64,000 nucleotides of DNA from Antedon mediterranea (taxonomy: Eukaryota > Animalia > Echinodermata), in assembly GCF_964355755.1 (NCBI RefSeq), contig NC_092678.1:10104352-10168351 (forward strand), given 5' to 3'. Below the pieces are notes generated by a model that worked only from the letters and a program-made list of their open reading frames with translations, was not told where the DNA came from and did not search any database. The position numbers were made by a program, and so were the translations under genes. Shown in pieces: positions 11,493 through 24,724 of the stretch (its first letter is position 1; each line of letters starts with the position of its first letter).

Positions 11493-14400
11493 TGTTAAAA
11501 AGTTTTTTCGAAAATCACAAAATGGTCTAAAACGTCTCCAAATGCGATTTGAAGATATTCTGAGCACTTTGGTGTTTTTATGTTAAAAAGTTTTTTCGAA
11601 AATCACAAAATGGTCTAAAACGTCTCCAAATGCGATTTGAAGCTATTCTGTACACTTTGATGTTTTGTGTGAAAAAGTTTTGTCGAAATGCTCAAAATGG
11701 TTTAAAACGTTTTTAAAACGATATTAAGCTATTTTGTGCTCTTTGATGTTTTTGTATAACCAAGTTTCATCGAAATGCACAAAATGGTCTAAAACGTCTC
11801 CAAATACGATTTGAAGCTTTTCCAAGCACTTTGCTGTTTTTATGTTAACAAGTTTTTTCGAAAATCACAAAATTGTCTAAAACGTCTCAAAATGCGATTT
11901 GAAGGTATTCTGAGCACTTTGGTGTTTTTGTGTGAAAAGTTTTAACGAAAAGCTCAAAATGGTCTAAAACGGTTCTAATGTGATTTTAAGCACTTTGATG
12001 TTTTTGTACAACCAAGTTTCATCGAAATGCTCAAAATGGTCTAAAACGTTTTTAAAACGATATTAAGCTATTTTGTGCTCTTTGATGTTTTTGTGTAACC
12101 AAGTTTTTTTCGAAAATCACAAAATGGTCTAAAACGTCTCCAAATGCGATTTGAAGCTTTTCTAAGCACTTTGGTGTTTTTATGTTAACAAGTTTTTTCG
12201 AAAATCGCAAAATGGTCTAAAACGTCTCAAAATGCGATTTGAAGGTATTCTGAGCACTTTGGTGTTTTTGTGTGAAAAGTTTTAACGAAATGCTCAAAAT
12301 GGTCTAAAACGGTTTCTAATGTGATTTTAACCACTTTGATGTTTTTGTGTAACCAAGTTCTTTTCGAAAATCACAAAATGGTCTAAAACGTCTCCAAATG
12401 CGATTTGAAGCTTTTCTAAGCACTTTGGTGTTTTTATGTTAACAAGTTTTTTCGAAAATCACAAAATGGTCTAAAACGTCTCAAAATGCGATTTGAAGGT
12501 ATTCTGAGCACTTTGGTGTTTTTGTGTGAAAAGTTTTAACGAAATGCTCAAAATGGTCTAAAACGGTTTCTAATGTGATTTTAACCACTTTGATGTTTTT
12601 GTGTAACCAAGTTTTTTCGAAAATCACAAAATGGTCTAAAACGTCTCCAAATGCGATTTGAAGCTTTTCTAAGCACTTTGGTGTTTTTATGTTAACAAGT
12701 TTTTTCGAAAATCACAAAATGGTCTAAAACGTCTCCAAATGCGATTTGAAGCTATTCTGTACACTTTGATGTTTTGTGTGAAAAAAGTTTTGTCGAAATG
12801 CTCAAAATGGTCTAAAACGTTTTTAAAACGATATTAAGCTATTTTGTGCTCTTTGATGTTTTTGTGTAACCAAGTTTTATCGAAATGAACAAAATGTTCT
12901 AAAACGTCTCCAAATGCGATTTGAAGCTTTTCCAAGCACTTTGCTGTTTTTATGTTAAGTTTTTTCGAAAATCACAAATTGGTCTAAAACGTCTCTAAAT
13001 GCGAGTTGAAGGTATTCTGAGCACTTTGGTGTTTTTGTGTGAAAAGTTTTAACGAAATGCTCAAAATTGTCTAAAACGGTTTCTAATGTGATTTTAAGCA
13101 CTTTGATGTTTTTGTAAAACCAAGTTTCATCGAAATGCACAAAATGGTCTAAAACGTCTCCAAATGCGATTTGAAGCTTTTCCAAGCACTTTGCTGTTTT
13201 TATGTTAACAAGCTTTTTCGAAAATCACAAAATGGTCTAAAACGTCTCCAAATGCGATTTGAAGATATTCTGAGCACTTTGGTGTTTTTATGTTAAAAAG
13301 TTTTTTCGAAAATCACAAAATGGTCTAAAACGTCTCCAAATGCGATTTGAAGCTCTTCTGTACACTTTGATGTTTTGTGTGAATAAGTTTTGTCAAAATG
13401 CTCAAAATGGTCTAAAACGTTTTTAAAACGATATTAAGCTATTTTGTGCTCTTTGATGTTTTTGTATAACCAAGTTTTTTCGAAAATCACAAAATTGTCT
13501 AAAACGTCTCCAAATGCGATTTGAAGATATTCTGAGCACTTTGGTGTTTTTATGTTAAAAAGTTTTTTCGAAAATCACAAAATGGTCTAAAACGTCTCCA
13601 AATGCGATTTGAAGATATTCTGAGCACTTTGGTGTTTTGTGTGAAAAGTTTTGTCGAAATGCTCAAAATGGTCTAAAACGTTTTTAAAACGATATTAAGC
13701 TATTTTGTGCTCTTTGATGTTTTTGTGTAACCAAGTTTCATCGAAATGAACAAAATGGTCTAAAACGTCTCCAAATGCGATTTGAAGCTTTTCTAAGCAC
13801 TTTGGTGTTTTTATGTTAACAAGTTTTTTCGAAAATCACAAAATGGTCTAAAACGTCTCCAAATGCGATTTGAAGATATTCTGAGCACTTTGCTGTTTTT
13901 ATGTTAACAAGTTTTTTCGAAAATCACAAAATGGTCTAAAACGTCTCAAAATGCTATTTGAAGGTATTCTGAGCACTTTGGTGTTTTTGTGTGAAAAGTT
14001 TTAACGAAATGCTCAAAATGGTCTAAAACGGTTCTAATGTGATTTTAAGCACTTTGATGTTTTTGTATAACCAAGTTTCATCGAAATGCTCAAAATGGTC
14101 TAAAACGTTTTTAAAACGATATTAAGCTATTTTGTGCTCTTTGATGTTTTTGTGTAACGAAGTTTCATCGAAATGAACAAAATGGTCTAAAACGTCTCCA
14201 AATGCGATTTGAAGCTTTTCCAAGCACTTTGCTGTTTTTATGTTAACAAGTTTTTTCGAAAATCACAAAATGGCCTAAAACGTCTCAAAATGCGATTTCA
14301 AGGTATTCTGAGCACTTTGGTGTTTTTGTGTGAAAGGTTTTAACGAAATGCTCAAAATGGTCTAAAACGGTTTCTAATGTGATTTTAAGCACTTTGATGT

Positions 14401-17400
14401 TTTTGTATAACCAAGTTTCATCGAAATGCACAAAATGGTCTAAAACGTCTCCAAATGCGATTTGAAGCTTTTCTAAGCACTTTGCTGTTTTTATGTTAAA
14501 AAGTTTTTTCGAAAATCACAAAATGGTCTAAAACGTCTCCAAATGCGATTTGAAGATATTCTGAGCACTTTGGTGTTTTTATGTTAAAAAGTTTTTTCGA
14601 AAATCACAAAATGGTCTAAAACGTCTCCAAATGCGATTTGAAGATATTCTGAGCACTTTGGTGTTTTTATGTTAAAAAGTTTTTTCGAAAATCACAAAAT
14701 GGTCTAAAACGTCTCCAAATGCGATTTGAAGCTATTCTGTACACTTTGATGTTTTGTGTGAAAAAGTTTTGTCGAAATGCTCAAAATGGTCTAAAACGTT
14801 TTTAAAACGATATTAAGCTATTTTGTGCTCTTTGATGTTTTTGTGTAACCAAGTTTTATCGAAATGAACAAAATGGTCTAAAACGTCTCCAAATGCGATT
14901 TGAAGCTTTTCTAAGCACTTTGCTGTTTTTATGTTAACAAGTTTTTTCGAAAATCACAAAATGGTCTAAAACGTCTCCAAATGGGATTTGAAGCTTTTCT
15001 AAGCACTTTGGTGTTTTTATGTTAAAAAGTATTTTCGAAAATCACAAAATGGTCTAAAACGTCTCCAAATGCGATTTGAAGCTCTTCTGTACACTTTGAT
15101 GTTTTGTGTGAAAAAGTTTAGTCGAAATGCTCAAAATGGTCTAAAACGTTTTTAAAACGATATTAAGCTATTTTGTGCTCTTTGATGTTTTTGTGTAACC
15201 AAGTTTCATCGAAAATCACAAAATGGTCTAAAACGTCTCCAAATGCGATTTGAAGCTTTTCCAAGCACTTTGCTGTTTTTATGTTAACAAGTTTTTTCGA
15301 AAATCACAAAATGGTCTAAAACGTCTCAAAATGCGATTTGAAGATATTCTGAGCACTTTGGTGTTTTTATGTTAAAAAGTTTTTTCGAAAATCACAAAAT
15401 GGTCTAAAACGTCTCCAAATGCGATTTGAAGATATTCTGAGCACTTTGGTGTTTTTATGTTAAAAAGTTTTTTCGAAAATCACAAAATGGTCTAAAACGT
15501 CTCCAAATGCGATTTGAAGCTATTCTGTACACTTTGATGTTTTGTGTGAAAAAGTTTTGTCGAAATGCTCAAAATGGTTTAAAACGTTTTTAAAACGATA
15601 TTAAGTTATTTTGTGCTCTTTGATGTTTTTGTGTAACCAAGTTTCATCGAAATGAACAAAATGGTCTAAAACGTCTCCAAATGCGATTTGAAGCTTTTCC
15701 AAGCACTTTGCTGTTTTTATGTTAACAAGTTTTTTCGAAAATCACAAAATGGTGTAAAACGTCTCAAAATGCGATTTGAAGGTATTCTGAGCACTTTGGT
15801 GTTTTTGTGTGAAAAGTTTTAACGAAATGCTCAAAATGGTCTAAAACGGTTCTAATGTGATTTTAAGCTATTCTAGACACTTTGATGTTTTGTGTGAAAA
15901 AGTTTTCTCGAAATGCTCAAAATGGTCTAAAACGTTTTCCAATACCATATTAAGCTATTTTGTGCAATTTGATGTTTTTGTGTAACCAAGTTTTTTGAAA
16001 TGCGATTTGAAGATATTCTGAGGACTCTGGTGTTTTTATGTTAAAAAGTTTTTTCGAAAATCACAAAATGGTCTAAAACGTCTCCAAATGCGATTTGAAG
16101 ATATTCTGAGCACTTTGGTGTTTTTATGTTAAAAAGTTTTTTCGAAAATCACAAAATGGTCTAAAACGTCTCCAAATGCGAGTTGAAGCTATTCTGTACA
16201 CTTTGATGTTTTGTGTGAAAAAGTTTTGTCGAAATGCTCAAAATGGTCTAAAACGTTTTTAAAACGATATTAAGCTATTTTGTGCTCTTTGATGTTTTTG
16301 TGTAACCAAGTTTTTTCGAAAATCACAAAATGGTCTAAAACGTCTCCAAATGCGATTTGAAGCTTTTCTAAGCACTTTGGTGTTTTTATGTTAACAAGTT
16401 TTTTCGCAAATCACAAAATGGTCTAAAACGTCTCCAAATGCGATTTGAAGATATTCTGAGCACATTGGTGTTTTTATGTTAAAAAAGTTTTTTCGAAAAT
16501 CACAAAATGGTCTAAAACGTTTCCAAATGCGATTTGAAGCTCTTCTGTACACTTTGATGTTTTGTGTGAAAAAGTTTTTTCGAAATGCTCAAAATGGTCT
16601 AAAACGTTTTTAAATACGATATTAAGCTGTTTTGTGCACTTTGATGGTTTGTGTGAAAAGTTTTAACGAAATGCTCAAAATGGTCAAAAACGGTTTCTAA
16701 TGTGATTTTAAGCACTTTGATGTTTTTGTGTAACCAAGTTTTTTCGAAAATCACAAATTGGTCTAAAACGTCTCCAAATGCGATTTGAAGCTTTTCTAAA
16801 CACTTTGGTGCTTTTATGTTAACAAGTTTTTTCGAAAATCACAAAATGGTCTAAAACGTCTCCAAATGCGATTTGAAGCTTTTCTAAACACTTTGGTGTT
16901 TTTATGTTAACAAGTTTTTTCGAAAATCACAAAATGGTCTAAAACGTCTTCAAATGCGATTTGAAGATATTCTGAGCACTTTGGTGTTTTTCTGTTAAAA
17001 AGTTTTTTCGAAAATCACAAAATGGTCTAAAACGTCTCCAAATGCGATTTGAAGATATTCTGAGCACTTTGGTGTTTTTATGTTAAAAAGTTTTTTCGAA
17101 AATCACAAAATGGTCTAAAACGTCTCCAAATGCGATTTGAAGCTATTCTGTACACTTTGATGTTTTGTGTGAAAAAGTTTTGTCGAAATGCTCAAAATGG
17201 TTTAAAACGTTTTTAAAACGATATTAAGCTATTTTGTGCTCTTTGATGTTTTTGTATAACCAAGTTTCATCGAAATGCACAAAATGGTCTAAAACGTCTC
17301 CAAATACGATTTGAAGCTTTTCCAAGCACTTTGCTGTTTTTATGTTAACAAGTTTTTTCGAAAATCACAAAATTGTCTAAAACGTCTCAAAATGCGATTT

Positions 17401-20400
17401 GAAGGTATTCTGAGCACTTTGGTGTTTTTGTGTGAAAAGTTTTAACGAAAAGCTCAAAATGGTCTAAAACGGTTCTAATGTGATTTTAAGCACTTTGATG
17501 TTTTTGTACAACCAAGTTTCATCGAAATGCTCAAAATGGTCTAAAACGTTTTTAAAACGATATTAAGCTATTTTGTGCTCTTTGATGTTTTTGTGTAACC
17601 AAGTTTTTTTCGAAAATCACAAAATGGTCTAAAACGTCTCCAAATGCGATTTGAAGCTTTTCTAAGCACTTTGGTGTTTTTATGTTAACAAGTTTTTTCG
17701 AAAATCGCAAAATGGTCTAAAACGTCTCAAAATGCGATTTGAAGGTATTCTGAGCACTTTGGTGTTTTTGTGTGAAAAGTTTTAACGAAATGCTCAAAAT
17801 GGTCTAAAACGGTTTCTAATGTGATTTTAACCACTTTGATGTTTTTGTGTAACCAAGTTCTTTTCGAAAATCACAAAATGGTCTAAAACGTCTCCAAATG
17901 CGATTTGAAGCTTTTCTAAGCACTTTGGTGTTTTTATGTTAACAAGTTTTTTCGAAAATCACAAAATGGTCTAAAACGTCTCAAAATGCGATTTGAAGGT
18001 ATTCTGAGCACTTTGGTGTTTTTGTGTGAAAAGTTTTAACGAAATGCTCAAAATGGTCTAAAACGGTTTCTAATGTGATTTTAACCACTTTGATGTTTTT
18101 GTGTAACCAAGTTTTTTCGAAAATCACAAAATGGTCTAAAACGTCTCCAAATGCGATTTGAAGCTTTTCTAAGCACTTTGGTGTTTTTATGTTAACAAGT
18201 TTTTTCGAAAATCACAAAATGGTCTAAAACGTCTCCAAATGCGATTTGAAGCTATTCTGTACACTTTGATGTTTTGTGTGAAAAAAGTTTTGTCGAAATG
18301 CTCAAAATGGTCTAAAACGTTTTTAAAACGATATTAAGCTATTTTGTGCTCTTTGATGTTTTTGTGTAACCAAGTTTTATCGAAATGAACAAAATGTTCT
18401 AAAACGTCTCCAAATGCGATTTGAAGCTTTTCCAAGCACTTTGCTGTTTTTATGTTAAGTTTTTTCGAAAATCACAAATTGGTCTAAAACGTCTCTAAAT
18501 GCGAGTTGAAGGTATTCTGAGCACTTTGGTGTTTTTGTGTGAAAAGTTTTAACGAAATGCTCAAAATTGTCTAAAACGGTTTCTAATGTGATTTTAAGCA
18601 CTTTGATGTTTTTGTAAAACCAAGTTTCATCGAAATGCACAAAATGGTCTAAAACGTCTCCAAATGCGATTTGAAGCTTTTCCAAGCACTTTGCTGTTTT
18701 TATGTTAACAAGCTTTTTCGAAAATCACAAAATGGTCTAAAACGTCTCCAAATGCGATTTGAAGATATTCTGAGCACTTTGGTGTTTTTATGTTAAAAAG
18801 TTTTTTCGAAAATCACAAAATGGTCTAAAACGTCTCCAAATGCGATTTGAAGCTCTTCTGTACACTTTGATGTTTTGTGTGAATAAGTTTTGTCAAAATG
18901 CTCAAAATGGTCTAAAACGTTTTTAAAACGATATTAAGCTATTTTGTGCTCTTTGATGTTTTTGTATAACCAAGTTTTTTCGAAAATCACAAAATTGTCT
19001 AAAACGTCTCCAAATGCGATTTGAAGATATTCTGAGCACTTTGGTGTTTTTATGTTAAAAAGTTTTTTCGAAAATCACAAAATGGTCTAAAACGTCTCCA
19101 AATGCGATTTGAAGATATTCTGAGCACTTTGGTGTTTTGTGTGAAAAGTTTTGTCGAAATGCTCAAAATGGTCTAAAACGTTTTTAAAACGATATTAAGC
19201 TATTTTGTGCTCTTTGATGTTTTTGTGTAACCAAGTTTCATCGAAATGAACAAAATGGTCTAAAACGTCTCCAAATGCGATTTGAAGCTTTTCTAAGCAC
19301 TTTGGTGTTTTTATGTTAACAAGTTTTTTCGAAAATCACAAAATGGTCTAAAACGTCTCCAAATGCGATTTGAAGATATTCTGAGCACTTTGCTGTTTTT
19401 ATGTTAACAAGTTTTTTCGAAAATCACAAAATGGTCTAAAACGTCTCAAAATGCTATTTGAAGGTATTCTGAGCACTTTGGTGTTTTTGTGTGAAAAGTT
19501 TTAACGAAATGCTCAAAATGGTCTAAAACGGTTCTAATGTGATTTTAAGCACTTTGATGTTTTTGTATAACCAAGTTTCATCGAAATGCTCAAAATGGTC
19601 TAAAACGTTTTTAAAACGATATTAAGCTATTTTGTGCTCTTTGATGTTTTTGTGTAATGAAGTTTCATCGAAATGAACAAAATGGTCTAAAACGTCTCCA
19701 AATGCGATTTGAAGCTTTTCCAAGCACTTTGCTGTTTTTATGTTAACAAGTTTTTTCGAAAATCACAAAATGGCCTAAAACGTCTCAAAATGCGATTTCA
19801 AGGTATTCTGAGCACTTTGGTGTTTTTGTGTGAAAGGTTTTAACGAAATGCTCAAAATGGTCTAAAACGGTTTCTAATGTGATTTTAAGCACTTTGATGT
19901 TTTTGTATAACCAAGTTTCATCGAAATGCACAAAATGGTCTAAAACGTCTCCAAATGCGATTTGAAGCTTTTCTAAGCACTTTGCTGTTTTTATGTTAAA
20001 AAGTTTTTTCGAAAATCACAAAATGGTCTAAAACGTCTCCAAATGCGATTTGAAGATATTCTGAGCACTTTGGTGTTTTTATGTTAAAAAGTTTTTTCGA
20101 AAATCACAAAATGGTCTAAAACGTCTCCAAATGCGATTTGAAGATATTCTGAGCACTTTGGTGTTTTTATGTTAAAAAGTTTTTTCGAAAATCACAAAAT
20201 GGTCTAAAACGTCTCCAAATGCGATTTGAAGCTATTCTGTACACTTTGATGTTTTGTGTGAAAAAGTTTTGTCGAAATGCTCAAAATGGTCTAAAACGTT
20301 TTTAAAACGATATTAAGCTATTTTGTGCTCTTTGATGTTTTTGTGTAACCAAGTTTTATCGAAATGAACAAAATGGTCTAAAACGTCTCCAAATGCGATT

Positions 20401-20525
20401 TGAAGCTTTTCTAAGCACTTTGCTGTTTTTATGTTAACAAGTTTTTTCGAAAATCACAAAATGGTCTAAAACGTCTCCAAATGGGATTTGAAGCTTTTCT
20501 AAGCACTTTGGTGTTTTTATGTTAA
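11493..20525 (+). repeat. 5500-bp offset duplication: 11493-15025 matches 16993-20525
   Basis: ORF markers 12955->18455. Line-by-line identity at +5500, with one SNP seen (14158 C vs 19658 T). 16993-21152 also matches 49746-53905 at +32753. Confidence 0.88.
12124..12720 (+). repeat. Local tandem of a B-E-F trimer (253/254 bp)
   Basis: The rare TTAACCACTT variant of F occurs at 12331 and 12585 (+254). The doublet recurs near 17.8, 27.5, 29.3, 34.9, 36.7 and 50.6 kb, but only a single trimer is present near 26.1 and 60.0 kb. Confidence 0.85.
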
Positions 20526-21759
20526 CAAGTTTTTTCGAAAAACACAAAATGGTCTAAAACGTCTCCAAATGCGATTTGAAGATATTCTGAGCACTTTGGT
20601 GTTTTTATGTTAAAAAGTATTTTCGAAAATCACAAAATGGTCTAAAACGTCTCCAAATGCGATTTGAAGCTCTTCTGTACACTTTGATGTTTTGTGTGAA
20701 AAAGTTTAGTCGAAATGCTCAAAATGGTCTAAAACGTTTTTAAAACGATATTAAGCTATTTTGTGCTCTTTGATGTTTTTGTGTAACCAAGTTTCATCGA
20801 AAATCACAAAATGGTCTAAAACGTCTCCAAATGCGATTTGAAGCTTTTCCAAGCACTTTGCTGTTTTTATGTTAACAAGTTTTTTCGAAAATCACAAAAT
20901 GGTCTAAAACGTCTCAAAATGCGATTTGAAGGTATTCTGAGCACTTTGGTGTTTTTGTGTGAAAAGTTTTAACGAAATGCTCAAAATTGTCTAAAACGGT
21001 TTCTAATGTGATTTTAAGCACTTTGATGTTTTTGTAAAACCAAGTTTCATCGAAATGAACAAAATGGTCTAAAATGTCTCCAAATGCGATTTGAAGCTTT
21101 TCCAAGCACTTTGCTGTTTTTATGTTAACAAGCTTTTTCGAAAATCACAAAAGGGTCTAAAACGTCTCCAAATGTGATTTGAAGATATTCTGAGCACTTT
21201 GGTATTTTTATGTTAAAAAGTTTTTTCGAAAATCACAAAATGGTCTAAAACGTCTCCAAATGCGATTTGAAGATATTCTGAGCACTTTGGTGTTTTTATG
21301 TTAAAAAGTTTTTTCGAAAATCACAAAATGGTCTAAAACGTCTCCAAATGCGATTTGAAGCTATTCTGTACACTTTGATGTTTTGTGTGAAAAAGTTTTG
21401 TCAAAAGGCTCAAAATGGTCTAAAACGTTTTTAAAACGATATTAAGCTATTTTGTGCTCTTTGATGTTTTTGTATAACCAAGTTTTTTCGAAAATCACAA
21501 AATGGTCTAAAACGTCTCCAAATGCGATTTGAAGCTTTTCTAAACACTTTGGTGTTTTTATGTTAACAAGTTTTTTCGAAAATCACAAAATGGTCTAAAA
21601 CGTCTCCAAATGCGATTTGAAGCTATTCTGTACACTTTGATGTTTTGTGTGAAAAAGTTTTGTCGAAATGCTCAAAATGGTCTAAAACGTTTTTAAAACG
21701 ATATTAAGCTATTTTGTGCTCTTTGATGTTTTTGTGTAACCAAGTTTCATCGATATGAA

Positions 21760-24724
21760 CAAAATGGTCTAAAACGTCTCCAAATGCGATTTGAAGCTTT
21801 TCCAAGCACTTTGCTGTTTTTATGTTAACAAGTTTTTTCGAAAATCACAAAATTGTCTAAAACGTCTCAAAATGCGATTTGAAGGTATTCTGAGCACTTT
21901 GGTGTTTTTGTGTGAAAAGTTTTAACGAAAAGCTCAAAATGGTCTAAAACGGTTCTAATGTGATTTTAAGCACTTTGATGTTTTTGTACAACCAAGTTTC
22001 ATCGAAATGCTCAAAATGGTCTAAAACGTTTTTAAAACGATATTAAGCTATTTTGTGCTCTTTGATGTTTTTGTGTAACCAAGTTTTTTCGAAAATCACA
22101 AAATGGTCTAAAACGTCTCCAAATGCGATTTGAAGCTTTTCTAAGCACTTTGGTGTTTTTATGTTAACAAGTTTTTTCGAAAATCACAAAATGGTCTAAA
22201 ACGTCTCCAAATGCGATTTGAAGATATTCTGAGCACTTTGGTGTTTTTCTGTTAAAAAGTATTTTCGAAAATCACAAAATGGTCTAAAACGTCTCCAAAT
22301 GCAATTTGAAGCTATTCTGTACACTTTGATGTTTTGTGTGAAAAAGTTTTGTCAAAATGCTCAAAATGGTCTAAAACGTTTTTAAAACGATATTAAGCTA
22401 TTTTGTGCTCTTTGATGTTTTTGTATAACCAAGTTTTTTCGAAAATCACAAAATGGTCTAAAACGTCTCCAAATGCGATTTGAAGCTTTTCTAAACACTT
22501 TGGTGTTTTTATGTTAACAAGTTTTTTCGAAAATCACAAAATGGTCTAAAACGTCTCCAAATCCGATTTGAAGCTATTCTGTACACTTTGATGTTTTGTG
22601 TGAAAAAGTTTTGTCGAAATGCTCAAAATGGTCTAAAACGTTTTTAAAACGATATTAAGCTATTTTGTGCTCTTTGATGTTTTTGTGTAACCAAGTTTCA
22701 TCGATATGAACAAAATGGTCTAAAACGTCTCAAAATGCGATTTGAAGGTATTCTGAGCACTTTGGTGTTTTTGGGTGAAAAGTTTTAACGAAATGCTCAA
22801 AATGGTCTAAAACGGTTTCTAATGTGATTTTAAGCACTTTGAAGTATTTGTAAAAACAAGTTTCATCGAAATGCACAAAATAGTCTAAAACGTCTCCAAA
22901 TGCGATTTGAAGCTTTTCTAAGCACTTTGGTGTTTTTATGTTAACAAGTTTTTTCGAAAATCACAAAATGGTCTAAAACGTCTCCAAATGCGATTTGAAG
23001 ATATTCTGAGCACTTTGGTGTTTTTATGTTAAAAAGTATTTTCGAAAATCACAAAATGGTCTAAAACGTCTCCAAATGCGATTTGAAGCTCTTCTGTACA
23101 CTTTGATGTTTTTTGTGAAAAAGTTTAGTCGAAATGCTCAAAATGGTCTATAACGTTTTTAAAACGATATTAAGCTATTTTGTGCTCTTTGATGTTTTTG
23201 TGTAACCAAGTTTCATCGAAAATCACAAAATGGTCTAAAACGTCTCCAAATGCGATTTGAAGATATTCTGAGCACTTTGGTGTTTTTATGTTAACAAGTT
23301 TTTTCGAAAATCACAAAATGGTCTAAAACGTCTCCAAATGCGATTTGAAGATATTCTGAGCACTTTGGTGTTTTTATGTTAAAAAGTTTTTTCGAAAATC
23401 ACAAAATGGTCTAAAACGTCTCCAAATGCGATTTGAAGCTATTCTATACACTTTGATGTTTTGTGTTAAAAAGTTTTGTCGAAATGCTCAAAATGGTTTA
23501 AAACGTTTTTAAAACGATATTAAGCTATTTTGTGCTCTTTGATGTTTTTGTGTAACCAAGTTTCATCGAAATGAACAAAATGGTCTAAAACGTCTCCAAA
23601 TGCGATTTGAAGCTTTTCCAAGCACTTTGCTGTTTTTATGTTAACAAGTTTTTTCGAAAATCACAAAATTGTCTAAAACGTCTCAAAAAGCGATTTGAAG
23701 GTATTCTGAGCACTTTGGTGTTTTTGTGTGAAAAGTTTTAACGAAAAGCTCAAAATGGTCTAAAACGGTTCTAATGTGATTTTAAGCACTTTGATGTTTT
23801 TGTACAACCAAGTTTCATCGAAATGCTCAAAATGGTCTAAAACGTTTTTAAAACGATATTAAGCTATTTTGTGCTCTTTGATGTTTTTGTGTAACCAAGT
23901 TTTTTCGAAAATCACAAAATGGTCTAAAACGTCTCCAAATGCGATTTGAAGCTTTTCTAAGCACTTTGGTGTTTTTATGTTAACAAGTTTTTTCAAAAAT
24001 CACAAAATGGTCTAAAACGTCTCCAAATGCGATTTGAAGATATTCTGAGCACTTTGGTGTTTTTCTGTTAAAAAGTATTTTCGAAAATCACAAAATGGTC
24101 TAAAACGTCTCCAAATGCAATTTGAAGCTATTCTGTACACTTTGATGTTTTGTGTGAAAAAGTTTTGTCAAAATGCTCAAAATGGTCTAAAACGTTTTTA
24201 AAACGATATTAAGCTATTTTGTGCTCTTTGATGTTTTTGTATAACCAAGTTTTTTCGAAAATCACAAAATGGTCTAAAACGTCTCCAAATGCGATTTGAA
24301 GCTTTTCTAAACACTTTGGTGTTTTTATGTTAACAAGTTTTTTCGAAAATCACAAAATGGTCTAAAACGTCTCCAAATCCGATTTGAAGCTATTCTGTAC
24401 ACTTTGATGTTTTGTGTGAAAAAGTTTTGTCGAAATGCTCAAAATGGTCTAAAACGTTTTTAAAACGATATTAAGCTATTTTGTGCTCTTTGATGTTTTT
24501 GTGTAACCAAGTTTCATCGATATGAACAAAATGGTCTAAAACGTCTCAAAATGCGATTTGAAGGTATTCTGAGCACTTTGGTGTTTTTGGGTGAAAAGTT
24601 TTAACGAAATGCTCAAAATGGTCTAAAACGGTTTCTAATGTGATTTTAAGCACTTTGAAGTATTTGTAAAAACAAGTTTCATCGAAATGCACAAAATAGT
24701 CTAAAACGTCTCCAAATGCGATTT
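21760..24724 (+). repeat. 1816-bp offset duplication: ~21760-22908 matches ~23576-24724
   Basis: CGAAAAGCTC at 21926->23742 and GGGTGAAAAG at 22773->24589, both +1816. Boundaries are approximate. Confidence 0.8.

Larger units (their letters stand above)
1..15025 (+). repeat. Copy 1 of a >=15-kb near-identical block repeated at +38253
   Basis: Eight ORF markers (1436, 3802, 6361, 8727, 10443, 10729, 11196, 12955) recur at exactly +38253. Position 1 matches 38254, and the rare ATGGGATTT variant at 14981 matches 53234. Confidence 0.92.
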
